A DNA stretch of 64,000 nucleotides from an uncultured Actinomycetota bacterium (GTDB lineage: Bacteria > Actinomycetota > Actinomycetes > DATJPE01). A model generated the notes under the pieces. The model was not told the DNA's origin. It did not search any database and was given only the letters and a program-made list of their open reading frames with translations. The stretch covers positions 117,593 through 181,592 of the forward strand of contig CAWFYM010000012.1 in the NCBI GenBank assembly GCA_963820065.1. The letters run 5' to 3'. Position numbers and translations under genes: made by a program. Positions 32,332 to 42,877 of the stretch are shown here, one piece after another (the stretch's first letter is position 1; every line of letters starts with the position of its first letter).

Positions 32332-34149
32332 TCAGCCGGGCTTGGAGGAGGACGGCTTCGGCTTGGGCTTGGGCGTCTCGGTGGGTTTGGGCTTGGGCTT
32401 CGGTTTGGGCGAGCAGTAGATGTCGTTGGCCACGTTGTAGCTCGTGGTCAGCGGCTCCCGCTTGACGACGTTGCCGTCGAGGTCTTTGAACACCCGCGTC
32501 ACGACGATCCGGAACCCCTGGACGCCGGGCTGGGGCACGCACCCGGGTGAGGTGTCATAGACGGTGGTGTAGGGCCGGATGTTCGTGCGCGGCCCGAACT
32601 CGGCGCTGATGTTGTAGCGCTTCGTGCCGTACATGCTCACGGTGACCGACGTGCTGGTGATGCTGGACTTGATCAGCACGGCGTTCGGGCTGTCGTTGCG
32701 GAACTTCAGGTCGAGACTGCCCCACGCGACCGTCGCTTCGAGGCCCGGGAGATAGCGCGAGATGTAGAAGGAGTGGCCGCGCTGCTCGACCCGCTCCAGG
32801 CCGGCATAGAACGCCGTGTGCCACATCGTCGTCGTGATCGTCGAGACCCCGCCGCCGAGCTCGAGGGCGAACTTGCCGCCTGAGATGACGGTGCCCACCG
32901 TGTAGCCGTTCTCCACGGTGCGTTCCTTGACCGTCTTGTTCATGCTGAACGTCTCGCCGGGCATCAACAGCGTCCCGTCGATGTAGCGCGCGGCCCGCCC
33001 GATGTTGGTGACCCGGTAGGCGGCGTAGGGGAAGGGCTGGGTGAACGTGGCCAGCTGCTCCTTGACGCCGAGGGCGCGAGCATCCGCCGTGGTGAGGGCC
33101 GGCTTGGTCCGAGCGACGCCGACCGTCGCCGTGCGGTTCTCCGTCTTCACCAGAGCCGTCGCGAGCTCAGCGGACAGCTCAGCGCCATCGACAGTCTGGC
33201 CGGCGCGCCCACGAACCACCACGGGCTTGCTCTTCACGATCTTGAAGGTTGCGTCGCGCGGCTCGCGCAGGACGTCACCGAGCTTGTCGTCGACCACGCT
33301 CCGCAAGGCCTTGCCCTTGATGGCCGGCTCGAGCGTGCCCTCACTGGTCGGGCGCATCGCCAGGGCCGGGCCGAAGTCGCGCGGTCGGAGGGTCACGTCG
33401 ACGGGAGCGGCCGCATTGGTGCCGGTCACCCGGAGCGTGACCGGGCCGGACATGGCCGGCAGCCCGAACGTGTCGAGAGCCTCATCCACAGCGAGGGTGT
33501 CGACCGCGGGCGCAACGTCCACGATCGGGAGAACGATCGGGGAGTCGGAGCGCAGATAGCCTGCGCGCAACGCGCCCCCGGCTGCTGCTCGGTCGAGCGC
33601 ACGACCGGGCAGCGGCGTCACGGGAAGCGCCGTGACCCGGGTGAAGGTGACGTCGCCGTCCTGCGCCGGCTCGTCGACCGTGCCACCGACCTCCTCGAGG
33701 TAGGCCGCGAGCGTGTCCTGGTCGACGGTGACGACGGGTTCCACCGCGTCGGTCGCGACCATGCGAGTGACCAGGGTGATCGGGTTGTAGGTGCGCTCGA
33801 CGACAGTGGCCACCGTGGCCGTGGAGTCGAAGGACAGCCCCACCTGCTCGGGGGGAACCGAGGTGACCGTCCCGTCGACCGAGATCTCGATCGGCTGCGC
33901 CGCCTGGTCACCCAGCTCGCTGTCGAGGGTGGCGACGGCCTCCTCCTGCGACTGCCCGCCGATGGAGACGCCGAGCACGGTGGTGCCACCGGGGACGTCG
34001 CCTCCGGAGACCGCCAGCAGCAGCCCGTACAGCACCGCAGCGCCCAGCACGAACCCGCCCGCGATCACCCAGGTGTGGCGGCGGGTGGGATCGGAGGTGG
34101 GTGAGGCACCGGGGGGAGGTGCGCTGGGAGGGGTGAGGTCACTGGTCAC
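32332..34149 (-). CDS. VanW-family membrane-anchored protein with PG-binding region
   Basis: TM, GTTVLGVSIGG, PGETFSMN, LGGGVS, HSFYISRY..GLEATV, DLKFRNDS; PK-rich tail; start uncertain (ORF open to 34221). Confidence 0.88.
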   Translation of the reverse strand: MTSDLTPPSAPPPGASPTSDPTRRHTWVIAGGFVLGAAVLYGLLLAVSGGDVPGGTTVLGVSIGGQSQEEAVATLDSELGDQAAQPIEISVDGTVTSVPPEQVGLSFDSTATVATVVERTYNPITLVTRMVATDAVEPVVTVDQDTLAAYLEEVGGTVDEPAQDGDVTFTRVTALPVTPLPGRALDRAAAGGALRAGYLRSDSPIVLPIVDVAPAVDTLAVDEALDTFGLPAMSGPVTLRVTGTNAAAPVDVTLRPRDFGPALAMRPTSEGTLEPAIKGKALRSVVDDKLGDVLREPRDATFKIVKSKPVVVRGRAGQTVDGAELSAELATALVKTENRTATVGVARTKPALTTADARALGVKEQLATFTQPFPYAAYRVTNIGRAARYIDGTLLMPGETFSMNKTVKERTVENGYTVGTVISGGKFALELGGGVSTITTTMWHTAFYAGLERVEQRGHSFYISRYLPGLEATVAWGSLDLKFRNDSPNAVLIKSSITSTSVTVSMYGTKRYNISAEFGPRTNIRPYTTVYDTSPGCVPQPGVQGFRIVVTRVFKDLDGNVVKREPLTTSYNVANDIYCSPKPKPKPKPTETPKPKPKPSSSKPG

Positions 34150-34260
34150 GCGCGAGGTCGCTCCGGGGTCGAGGGCAGATCTTGTGCTGGTGACCCCGTG
34201 AAGGGCGACAGCCGTCTTCAATGGTAGACGCGGGACGCCCTAGCCGCGTTCCCCCACGCG

Positions 34261-35220
34261 CTAGACGGGCTGGAACCCCGAGAGCCTCGCGTTGTCGATG
34301 ACGACGGCCGCGGGGGCCTCGACCAGACGCAGGGTGTTGAGCGAGGTCTCGCCGAAGGCGTTCTTCACCGCGCTGGACAACCCGAGAACCCCGACCACGC
34401 GCCCGCGCGCCCGCAGCGGCATGGACAAGAACGTCGCCATCGACCCCTCGTCCTCCGCTCCGAGGTTGCCGTGCTCATCGGCCACGCGGGCCTGCAGGTC
34501 GTGAACGCCGATCGACTGGCCGGTGAGCTGCGCGGCGTCCTCGGCGACGGCGGCGAAGAACTCGCCGTACTGCGCGTGAGAGGTCTCGCGGGCCACCGTC
34601 AGGTACGTCGTCCGGTCGTCGAGCATCAGGACCGACGCGAGGTCGTAGTCGACGATCTTGCCGAGCACGTTCAGCACCGCGGCGACGGTCTCCTCGAAGC
34701 CCTGGACGTCGCCGGCGATGCCGGTCATCTCGGCCGCCACCTGGGCCTCGAACAGCTTGCGGTCGAGCAGGTCGCAGACCCGCCCGAAGACATCGTCGTC
34801 GGAGAGCTCGAGCGTGTCGGGCGTCAGCCGCTCCCGGCCGCCACGCGCCTCATCAGCCGACACGACCAGCCCGCGCACGGTCGAGACGAGGTCGGGCGCC
34901 TCGAAGTCCTTGGTCAAGAACGCCTCGGCGCCGACGTGCTCGCCCCAGTAGCGGTCGCTCGCGGCATCGAGCGAGGTGAGCAGCAGCACCGGGATGTCAG
35001 AGGTCTGCCAGTCGTCCTTGAGCACGCGCGCCGCGACGTAGCCGGACACGCGCGGCATCTGGACGTCGAGGATCACGCAGTCGGGCTGGTGGGCGAAGAC
35101 CGCCTGGACAGCCTCGACACCGTCCTCGGCGTTCACGACGGTGAACCCCTCGCGCTCGAGAACCATCCCCACGATGCGGCGCAGCGTGGGACTGTCGTCG
35201 GCGATCACGACGGTGGGCAT
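34261..35220 (-). CDS. Response regulator (REC) with C-terminal GAF-like domain
   Basis: VVIADDS, LDVQMP, LLLTS, FLTK; C-terminus FLSMPLRARGRVVGVL...VIDNARL. Confidence 0.85.
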   Translation of the reverse strand: MPTVVIADDSPTLRRIVGMVLEREGFTVVNAEDGVEAVQAVFAHQPDCVILDVQMPRVSGYVAARVLKDDWQTSDIPVLLLTSLDAASDRYWGEHVGAEAFLTKDFEAPDLVSTVRGLVVSADEARGGRERLTPDTLELSDDDVFGRVCDLLDRKLFEAQVAAEMTGIAGDVQGFEETVAAVLNVLGKIVDYDLASVLMLDDRTTYLTVARETSHAQYGEFFAAVAEDAAQLTGQSIGVHDLQARVADEHGNLGAEDEGSMATFLSMPLRARGRVVGVLGLSSAVKNAFGETSLNTLRLVEAPAAVVIDNARLSGFQPV

Positions 35221-35232
35221 GGCTGTCCTTCC

Positions 35233-37434
35233 TTAGCGTCCGACGAGACGACGGACCGTATCCACGAGTTCGGCCTGATCGAAGTCGCTCTTGAGCAGGT
35301 AGGCGTTGGCACCCGCATCCAGACCCGCCCTCTTGTCCGCGTCATCACCCCGCGAGGTCATGATCACGACGGGTACGTCCTCCCAGCCACGGGTACGCCG
35401 GATCGCCCGGGTGAGCGTGAAACCGTCCATCCCCGGCATCTCCACGTCGGAGAGCACGAGGTCGAACGGGTCACCGGCCAGCCGACCCGCGCCGTCCTGG
35501 CCATCGACGGCCGTCACGACGTCGTAGCCGGCGCCCTCCAGGATCACGCGCTGCAGCTCGCGGACCCCGATCGAGTCCTCGACCACCAGCACACGGGGTC
35601 GTTTGTTGGCCGACGCGGCCGGGACCATGTCGACCGACGGCTGACGACCCGCAGGGCTCGGCATCGCGAACGCGCGCCCGCTGGCCAGCTGTTGGAGCGC
35701 CAGCTCGCGCACGTCGAGCAGGAGCAAGACGGTGCCGTCGCCGTCGATGGTGGCGCCGTTGAGCCCAGCCGGGCGACCGAGGAACGAACCGAGGTCCTTG
35801 ACCACGAGCTCGGTCTCACCCTCGAGGGCGTCCACGGCCCAGGCCAGCTGTTCCCCGCCACCGCCGTACCGCACGACGACCGCGACCCGCTGGTCCCGCT
35901 CACCGACGATGCCGAGGGCGTCTCCGAGGTCAGCCACGGGGATGGTCTGGCCATGCCGGATCATCACCTGCGCCCCCGCGACGGTTTGTGATGCGCTGTC
36001 TCGCAGGTTGAGCGTCTCGACGATGTTGGTCACCGGAAGGGCGAACCGCTCGCCCCCGAGCCGGGCGACCAGGCACCGCATCACTCCGAGCGTGACCGGC
36101 AGGGTGAGAGTGAACGTGGTTCCGACGCCGACCGGACTCTCGACCTCGACAGAGCCGCCAAGGTCCTCGACGGCTCGTTGGACGACATCCAGACCGATGC
36201 CTCTCCCAGACGTCTCGGTCACGGCCTCACGGGTCGTGAACCCGGGCACGAACAGCAGGGACAGCAGCGCTGACCCGGTGACGACGGCGTCCTCAGCCAG
36301 CAACCCGTGCGCTACGGCTGCCTCACGCAGGGCCGTCTCATCGATCCCCGGCCCATCGTCGGAAACGCTCAGCATGACGGTCGAGCCCGCGGTACGGGCG
36401 GCGACGCGCACCGTGGCCGGCCCCGACAGACCAAGGGCGCGGCGCTCGTCCGGGCTCTGGCATCCGTGGTCGACAGCATTGGTCACGAGGTGCTTCAGGG
36501 CGTCGGCCACGCCGTCGAGCACGCGGGTGTCGAGCTCGACATCCTCGCCCTCGAGGACCAGCTCGATCTCCTTGCCCGTGGCGGCGGCCACCTCGCGGAC
36601 AAGCGGTGGGAAGGCAGCGACCACGCGGCGCACCGGCACCATCGCGAGACTCATCGCGCCGTCGCGTACCCGTTCCAGCTTGTTCTGGGAGTCCTCGACG
36701 CGGCCGCGCAGGTCACGGGCCGCGCTGGAGAGCTGGTCGGCGAGACCGACCAGACCGGCCACGGCGTCGGCGACCTCGGGCGGCAGGACGTCACGGCCGA
36801 CGGTGGCCGTACGGAGCGACTTCGACCACGCGGCGTGCTCGGCCACGAGGCCGGACACGATCGTGGTCTGACGCTGGACGCGACGGCCCTCCAGCTCGGC
36901 CTCGCCCACGATGTCCAACAGATCGTGCACCCGCCGGGTCGGCACGCGGACGGACTCGCCGACCCGAGGGCGTCCCGTGGGGTCCTCATCCGAGTGGTTT
37001 GCCGCGGAGACGCTGAGGTGCGGCACCTCGACCGGGTCTTCACCGGCCAAGGCACGGTCGAGAGCGTCCACCAAGGCCTGCACGTCCGCCGGCGCGATCG
37101 GGGACGTCGCGCCTGGCATAGCCCGCGAGATGGCCTCGGCCACGGCGAGCAGGAGGTCGACGAGGTCGCGGCGGACGGCGAAGCGGCCGTCCCGCAGAGC
37201 ACCAAGAAGGTCCTCCGCGCGATGAGCGAGGCCGACGACGCTGTCGAGCGCCAGCGCCCGGGCCGATCCCTTCACCGTGTGCGCGTCACGGAACAAGCTG
37301 GTGATCAGCTGCTTGGGCGAGGGGTGACCCTCGAGCCGGAGCAGCCCGTCGCGAAGGGAGTCGAGCTTCTCGTCCACCTCCGCGCGGAAGATGGCGACCA
37401 GCTCGGGGTCGTCGGTCCAGCCGTTGGCAGCCAC
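35233..37434 (-). CDS. cheA: Hybrid chemosensory kinase CheA-REC
   Basis: HPT (RDAHTVKGSA), dimerisation (VRVP..HDLLDIVGE), HATPase (NAVDHG, DDGPGI, SGRGIGLDVV), CheW domain, REC (SDVEMPGMDG). Confidence 0.95.
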   Translation of the reverse strand: MAANGWTDDPELVAIFRAEVDEKLDSLRDGLLRLEGHPSPKQLITSLFRDAHTVKGSARALALDSVVGLAHRAEDLLGALRDGRFAVRRDLVDLLLAVAEAISRAMPGATSPIAPADVQALVDALDRALAGEDPVEVPHLSVSAANHSDEDPTGRPRVGESVRVPTRRVHDLLDIVGEAELEGRRVQRQTTIVSGLVAEHAAWSKSLRTATVGRDVLPPEVADAVAGLVGLADQLSSAARDLRGRVEDSQNKLERVRDGAMSLAMVPVRRVVAAFPPLVREVAAATGKEIELVLEGEDVELDTRVLDGVADALKHLVTNAVDHGCQSPDERRALGLSGPATVRVAARTAGSTVMLSVSDDGPGIDETALREAAVAHGLLAEDAVVTGSALLSLLFVPGFTTREAVTETSGRGIGLDVVQRAVEDLGGSVEVESPVGVGTTFTLTLPVTLGVMRCLVARLGGERFALPVTNIVETLNLRDSASQTVAGAQVMIRHGQTIPVADLGDALGIVGERDQRVAVVVRYGGGGEQLAWAVDALEGETELVVKDLGSFLGRPAGLNGATIDGDGTVLLLLDVRELALQQLASGRAFAMPSPAGRQPSVDMVPAASANKRPRVLVVEDSIGVRELQRVILEGAGYDVVTAVDGQDGAGRLAGDPFDLVLSDVEMPGMDGFTLTRAIRRTRGWEDVPVVIMTSRGDDADKRAGLDAGANAYLLKSDFDQAELVDTVRRLVGR

Positions 37435-37435
37435 G

Positions 37436-39022
37436 TCAGGACACCGTGAACTGGGCGATGCTGGCTCGGAGTTCGGCGGACAGGGTGTTCAGCTGCGCCG
37501 CCGCGGCGGCGGACTGCTTGGACCCCACCGCGTACTGCCGCGACACATCCGAGACCTGCGTCATCGCCGACACCACCTGATCCGAAGCACTGCGCTGCTG
37601 CTGAGTCGCGATCGAGATCTCCCGAGCCGCCGTCGTGGTCTCATCCACCATCCCCGAGATCCGCTCCAACGCATCCACCACATCCCGAGCCAACCCAGCC
37701 CCCGCATGCACCTCCTTCGCGCCCTCCTCAGACGCCAAAATCGTCGCGTTCGTCTCCGCCTGAATCAGCGTCACAATCGCCTGGATCTGACCCGCCGACT
37801 CCTGCGACCGCTCCGCCAACTTCCGCACCTCAGCAGCCACCACCGCGAACCCACGCCCATGCTCACCAGCCCGCGCAGCCTCAATCGCGGCATTCAAAGC
37901 CAACAAGTTCGTCTGATCCGCCAAATCATCAATCACCTCAAGAATCCGACCAATCTCCTGAGACTTCTCACCCAAACTCAAAGCCCGCGACGCAATCGAA
38001 TCCACCCGCGACGCAATCACATCCATCGCCGACACCGACGCCCCCACCGCCACCCGACCCTGCTCCGCATGCCGCAACGTCTCCGACGCATACCGAGCCA
38101 CCGACTCAGCCGTCTCCGCAATCTGCGCCGCCGTCGCCGCCAACTCCTCAATCGTGCTCGTCGTCTCCGCCACCGCCGACGACTGCTGCGTCGCCGACAC
38201 CGCATGCTCCTCAGCCGACGCCAACAACTCCCCCGCCGACGACGCGATCTGCTCACCCCCACCACGAATCTGATCCACCAACACCCGCACGTTGGTGACG
38301 GTGTGGTTGAAGGAGTCGGTGAGCAGGCGCAGATGACGCTCGGAGTCGAGCATGTCGTCGGTCGCCTCGGACGCTTCCATGGCCAGCGCCTGGACCGTCA
38401 GGTCACCCTGGGCGGTCGCGCTGAGGGCTTCGGAGATCTCCGCGACGCGCGCCTCGACCGCCTGGCGTTGTCGTTGGGCCTCACGCCGCATCTCGAACAT
38501 GTAGGTGGCGGACTGCTCGGTGAACCACATCCCCAACACGGTGGCCGAGATGACGACCACAGCGACGGGAACGCTCGCCTCGGTCGCCGTACCCGCGAGG
38601 AAGCCGGCAAGCGCGACGGCCACGCCGCTGCCGACCGCAAGCATCCGCAGCTGCAGCGACTCGAACACGACCCCGAAGTAGGGCAGCAGCACCAAGACCA
38701 AGCCCCAGCCTGCCCCGGCAAAACCACCGAGGGAGTACGTCAGCACCACGGCGGCGACCAGCTGGGCGAACGACGTCGCCGGGTCCCACACCGAGGTCGA
38801 CGCGATCTCCAGCTCCAAGCGCCACGCACGGATGGCGCAACCGCACGCCACGGCAGCCGCAACGGCCATAGCCGCCACACCAGCACCGGTCAGCCAGGTC
38901 GAGACGACCACCTCGGGGGTGAACCGCGCCTCGAGCAACCACAAGGCGGCAGCCAGCACCACGACGAGCGAATGAACCGACACCGTCGCGTGCATGTCGC
39001 GACGCGAGAAGCGGCTCTCCAT
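37436..39022 (-). CDS. Methyl-accepting chemotaxis protein MCP1 (multi-pass N-terminus)
   Basis: [35 protein letters not shown]; about six hydrophobic segments; AAAGGA SD before ATG 39022. Confidence 0.95.
   Translation of the reverse strand: MESRFSRRDMHATVSVHSLVVVLAAALWLLEARFTPEVVVSTWLTGAGVAAMAVAAAVACGCAIRAWRLELEIASTSVWDPATSFAQLVAAVVLTYSLGGFAGAGWGLVLVLLPYFGVVFESLQLRMLAVGSGVAVALAGFLAGTATEASVPVAVVVISATVLGMWFTEQSATYMFEMRREAQRQRQAVEARVAEISEALSATAQGDLTVQALAMEASEATDDMLDSERHLRLLTDSFNHTVTNVRVLVDQIRGGGEQIASSAGELLASAEEHAVSATQQSSAVAETTSTIEELAATAAQIAETAESVARYASETLRHAEQGRVAVGASVSAMDVIASRVDSIASRALSLGEKSQEIGRILEVIDDLADQTNLLALNAAIEAARAGEHGRGFAVVAAEVRKLAERSQESAGQIQAIVTLIQAETNATILASEEGAKEVHAGAGLARDVVDALERISGMVDETTTAAREISIATQQQRSASDQVVSAMTQVSDVSRQYAVGSKQSAAAAAQLNTLSAELRASIAQFTVS
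37446..38282. repeat. 837-bp MCP signalling-domain repeat, copy 1
   Basis: Matches copies 2-4 except two synonymous substitutions seen by eye. Confidence 0.95.
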
Positions 39023-39079
39023 CGACTGTCCTTTCCCCACCAGAACGTGTCCGGCGCCACGAGCGGCCCCTCGTGCGTG

Positions 39080-39107
39080 TCATCGGCCCCCGCTGCCCCC
39101 GCCTTTA
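39080..39107 (-). promoter_or_regulatory. Sigma28 (FliA/WhiG)-like promoter for MCP1-cheA-RR
   Basis: Minus strand TAAA-N16-GCCGATGA. Confidence 0.7.
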
Positions 39108-39442
39108 GCCCATACGGGTGACCCCATCGGCGCGCGGGAAAGGGCAAGAGCGCAGCGAGGAGGGAGCGGGTGGGCGGAGGACGCCACATGACGATCAGAG
39201 CCAGCACCACGACGAAGCAAACATGCAGAGGTCCTGGTCGGGGTGGTGGGCGGAGGACGCCACATGACGATCAGAGCCAGCACCACGACGAAGCAAACAT
39301 GCAGAGGTCCTGGTTGGGGTGGTGGGCGGTGGACGGCCGTGGCGGGCCTGGCGGGAGGCCGAGCGAAGCGAAGGCCGGATGGTAGGCCGACCACCGCCCA
39401 CCACCCCGACCAGGACCCCCAGCCCACACCGCCGAGATCGGG
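39083..39442. repeat. ~360-bp intergenic repeat element, copy A
   Basis: Near-identical to 42853-43213; contains 76-bp tandem repeat (39169-39329) and 27-bp inverted repeat (39306-39332/39391-39417). Confidence 0.93.
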
Positions 39443-39485
39443 CCCCGCACCGTCGAGAAGCCCGACCAGGACCCAGAAGCACGGC

Positions 39486-41192
39486 TCAAGACCCGGTGAC
39501 GGTGAATTGGGCGATGCTGGCTCGGAGTTCGGCGGACAGGGTGTTCAGCTGCGCCGCCGCGGCGGCGGACTGCTTGGACCCCACCGCGTACTGCCGCGAC
39601 ACATCCGAGACCTGCGTCATCGCCGACACCACCTGATCCGAAGCACTGCGCTGCTGCTGAGTCGCGATCGAGATCTCCCGAGCCGCCGTCGTGGTCTCAT
39701 CCACCATCCCCGAGATCCGCTCCAACGCATCCACCACATCCCGAGCCAACCCAGCCCCCGCATGCACCTCCTTCGCGCCCTCCTCAGACGCCAAGATCGT
39801 CGCGTTCGTCTCCGCCTGAATCAGCGTCACAATCGCCTGGATCTGACCCGCCGACTCCTGCGACCGCTCCGCCAACTTCCGCACCTCAGCAGCCACCACC
39901 GCGAACCCACGCCCATGCTCACCAGCCCGCGCAGCCTCAATCGCGGCATTCAAAGCCAACAAGTTCGTCTGATCCGCCAAATCATCAATCACCTCAAGAA
40001 TCCGACCAATCTCCTGAGACTTCTCACCCAAACTCAAAGCCCGCGACGCAATCGAATCCACCCGCGACGCAATCACATCCATCGCCGACACCGACGCCCC
40101 CACCGCCACCCGACCCTGCTCCGCATGCCGCAACGTCTCCGACGCATACCGAGCCACCGACTCAGCCGTCTCCGCAATCTGCGCCGCCGTCGCCGCCAAC
40201 TCCTCAATCGTGCTCGTCGTCTCCGCCACCGCCGACGACTGCTGCGTCGCCGACACCGCATGCTCCTCAGCCGACGCCAACAACTCCCCCGCCGACGACG
40301 CGATCTGCTCACCCCCACCACGAATCTGATCCACCAACGAACGAAGACTCCCCACGGCGTGGTCGAAGGCCGAGGCGAGCTCGACGATCACCTGGGTCAT
40401 CTCGGAGTCTTCGCCGTCATCGACGCTCACGCTGGCGAGCTCACCGCTGCCTGACAGGTCTCCGTGGGAGACCTTCCCGAGCACCTCAGCCAGCTCCCGG
40501 ACCTGCACGGAGAGCACAGCCTGCTGCCACGCCGTCCCTTCAGCCGCCTCATACAGCGACAGCGACACTCCTCGCACGATCATGAAAGCCGCAGGCATTC
40601 CGATGGTCAGGGCCACGGTCCAGGCGGTCTCCGCGGGGACCATGTCCGCGCTGACGGTCCCCGACAGCCATCCGCTGACCGGGGCGGCCACGGCGAGGAG
40701 CCCGACGATGATCCAGCCGCTCGCATAGACGAGCACGGTGGCGAGATAGGCAGCCGCGAGCAGCACGACGATCCACACCGGGCTGGACACGCCGCCGGTC
40801 CAGATCGTGATCATCGAGGCCGCGAGCAGCTGGCCCGTACCGCACAAGCCGTCCCAGACGTCGGTGGTCGAGTAGAAGTCGCCGCGCCGAAGCGCCCGGA
40901 TCGACAGCCCGGCCGCCACGGCCGCGATCACCACCTGGGCCGCGAGCAGGAGCCATACCGCGCCGTCCACGGCGCCGACGGTGCCCGACGCCCACAAGCC
41001 GACGATCACGGCGGTGAAGCCGGTCAGCCCGATATGCAGACCGATGGTCTCGGTGGCATTGCGGCGGTTGAACGGCAAGGACGCGCCGCCGTCCTTGGTC
41101 CGGTCGATCGCCTCCAGCGCCTGAACTGCGGCCGGGCCGACTGGCCGCTCAGAGGCTCGGGGTCCCGCGGGGCGTTCGTGCGTGATCGACAT
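39486..41192 (-). CDS. Methyl-accepting chemotaxis protein MCP2
   Basis: Same signalling domain; distinct multi-TM N-terminus; HAMP-like SHGDLS...SAFDHAV. Confidence 0.95.
   Translation of the reverse strand: MSITHERPAGPRASERPVGPAAVQALEAIDRTKDGGASLPFNRRNATETIGLHIGLTGFTAVIVGLWASGTVGAVDGAVWLLLAAQVVIAAVAAGLSIRALRRGDFYSTTDVWDGLCGTGQLLAASMITIWTGGVSSPVWIVVLLAAAYLATVLVYASGWIIVGLLAVAAPVSGWLSGTVSADMVPAETAWTVALTIGMPAAFMIVRGVSLSLYEAAEGTAWQQAVLSVQVRELAEVLGKVSHGDLSGSGELASVSVDDGEDSEMTQVIVELASAFDHAVGSLRSLVDQIRGGGEQIASSAGELLASAEEHAVSATQQSSAVAETTSTIEELAATAAQIAETAESVARYASETLRHAEQGRVAVGASVSAMDVIASRVDSIASRALSLGEKSQEIGRILEVIDDLADQTNLLALNAAIEAARAGEHGRGFAVVAAEVRKLAERSQESAGQIQAIVTLIQAETNATILASEEGAKEVHAGAGLARDVVDALERISGMVDETTTAAREISIATQQQRSASDQVVSAMTQVSDVSRQYAVGSKQSAAAAAQLNTLSAELRASIAQFTVTGS
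39502..40338. repeat. 837-bp MCP signalling-domain repeat, copy 2
   Basis: Appears identical to copies 3 and 4. Confidence 0.95.
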
Positions 41193-41198
41193 GACCCT

Positions 41199-42791
41199 TC
41201 ACTCCTGATTCGCAGCGACGCCGACCGCTGCTCGGTTATTGGGCTCGGTGACGGTGAATTGGGCGATGCTGGCTCGGAGTTCGGCGGACAGGGTGTTCAG
41301 CTGCGCCGCCGCGGCGGCGGACTGCTTGGACCCCACCGCGTACTGCCGCGACACATCCGAGACCTGCGTCATCGCCGACACCACCTGATCCGAAGCACTG
41401 CGCTGCTGCTGAGTCGCGATCGAGATCTCCCGAGCCGCCGTCGTGGTCTCATCCACCATCCCCGAGATCCGCTCCAACGCATCCACCACATCCCGAGCCA
41501 ACCCAGCCCCCGCATGCACCTCCTTCGCGCCCTCCTCAGACGCCAAGATCGTCGCGTTCGTCTCCGCCTGAATCAGCGTCACAATCGCCTGGATCTGACC
41601 CGCCGACTCCTGCGACCGCTCCGCCAACTTCCGCACCTCAGCAGCCACCACCGCGAACCCACGCCCATGCTCACCAGCCCGCGCAGCCTCAATCGCGGCA
41701 TTCAAAGCCAACAAGTTCGTCTGATCCGCCAAATCATCAATCACCTCAAGAATCCGACCAATCTCCTGAGACTTCTCACCCAAACTCAAAGCCCGCGACG
41801 CAATCGAATCCACCCGCGACGCAATCACATCCATCGCCGACACCGACGCCCCCACCGCCACCCGACCCTGCTCCGCATGCCGCAACGTCTCCGACGCATA
41901 CCGAGCCACCGACTCAGCCGTCTCCGCAATCTGCGCCGCCGTCGCCGCCAACTCCTCAATCGTGCTCGTCGTCTCCGCCACCGCCGACGACTGCTGCGTC
42001 GCCGACACCGCATGCTCCTCAGCCGACGCCAACAACTCCCCCGCCGACGACGCGATCTGCTCACCCCCACCACGAATCTGATCCACCAACGAACGAAGAC
42101 TCCCCACCGTGTGGTTGAACGACGCCGTGAGCATCACGATCGACTCGAGGCTGCCCTCAGGCGATGGCCCCGCACCCACGAGCTCGCCGTCAGCCACGCA
42201 GGCCAACCGCTCGGACAGGTCGCCGATCTGGCGCTGCAGCGCCGCGCGCTCGCGCTCGATCGTCGCCTCACGCCCATGGGTGAGCCGTCCGACGATGGCG
42301 CTCAGGTAGACCATGCCAGGCACCGTGAACAAGGCGATGACAGCGAGCGGGATCGCGGAGTCGACCCACGTGTGCGAGAGCACTCCCATGAGCACCAAGC
42401 TGAGCAGCGAAAGCACGACGAAGCCGTGCACCTGCCACATCCGTTCCAGCAGGAACGCGAACAACGCCAAGATGGCCAACAAGGTCCCGCCGACCCCGAG
42501 CAGACCGCCGCTGACGGTCGCCATGCCGGTGATGTAGACCACCTGCGCGGGGATCATCCACCGGGTCCACTGCAGGGTCGTCTCAAGGTCTCCGGCCCGT
42601 TGCCGTACGGCGACCACCGCGGTCGCCACGGCCAAGACCACGCCTACCGCGGCCCACGCAAGGAACGCCGGCCAGTAGACGACCGCCTCGGTGCGGAACC
42701 GCTCCGTGAGCACCGCCCCAGCGCTCGCCAGCAGCACCCCGACGCCCATGGCGCCAGCAGCAGCTGCAGTGAGTCCCTTGGAGACGTCCAC
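41199..42791 (-). CDS. Methyl-accepting chemotaxis protein MCP3
   Basis: Same signalling domain; distinct multi-TM N-terminus; GAGAGG SD. Confidence 0.95.
   Translation of the reverse strand: MDVSKGLTAAAAGAMGVGVLLASAGAVLTERFRTEAVVYWPAFLAWAAVGVVLAVATAVVAVRQRAGDLETTLQWTRWMIPAQVVYITGMATVSGGLLGVGGTLLAILALFAFLLERMWQVHGFVVLSLLSLVLMGVLSHTWVDSAIPLAVIALFTVPGMVYLSAIVGRLTHGREATIERERAALQRQIGDLSERLACVADGELVGAGPSPEGSLESIVMLTASFNHTVGSLRSLVDQIRGGGEQIASSAGELLASAEEHAVSATQQSSAVAETTSTIEELAATAAQIAETAESVARYASETLRHAEQGRVAVGASVSAMDVIASRVDSIASRALSLGEKSQEIGRILEVIDDLADQTNLLALNAAIEAARAGEHGRGFAVVAAEVRKLAERSQESAGQIQAIVTLIQAETNATILASEEGAKEVHAGAGLARDVVDALERISGMVDETTTAAREISIATQQQRSASDQVVSAMTQVSDVSRQYAVGSKQSAAAAAQLNTLSAELRASIAQFTVTEPNNRAAVGVAANQE
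41254..42090. repeat. 837-bp MCP signalling-domain repeat, copy 3
   Basis: Appears identical to copies 2 and 4. Confidence 0.95.
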
Positions 42792-42849
42792 GCTCGTCCT
42801 CTCAAACCCTCAGCGGGCCACGCCCCGCGCAAGCCCGTCCCCCGTCTGA

Positions 42850-42877
42850 CTGTCGGCCCCCACCACCCCCGCCTTTA
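42850..42877 (-). promoter_or_regulatory. Sigma28-like promoter for MCP3-MCP2
   Basis: Minus strand TAAA-N16-GCCGACAG. Confidence 0.65.

Noticed and set aside
32372-32410. PKPKPK-coding repeat at the VanW C-terminus
   Set aside because: Ordinary low-complexity tail of a cell-surface protein.
39169-39329. 76-bp tandem units as a mini CRISPR array
   Set aside because: Units are identical along their whole length (no unique spacers), only about two copies, no cas genes in the window.
39170-39385. Small ORF MTIRASTTTKQTCRGPG with GGAGG upstream inside the intergenic element
   Set aside because: The 76-bp period is not a multiple of three, codon usage is atypical and it is antisense to the cluster; not supportable as a gene, though not excluded without Ribo-seq.
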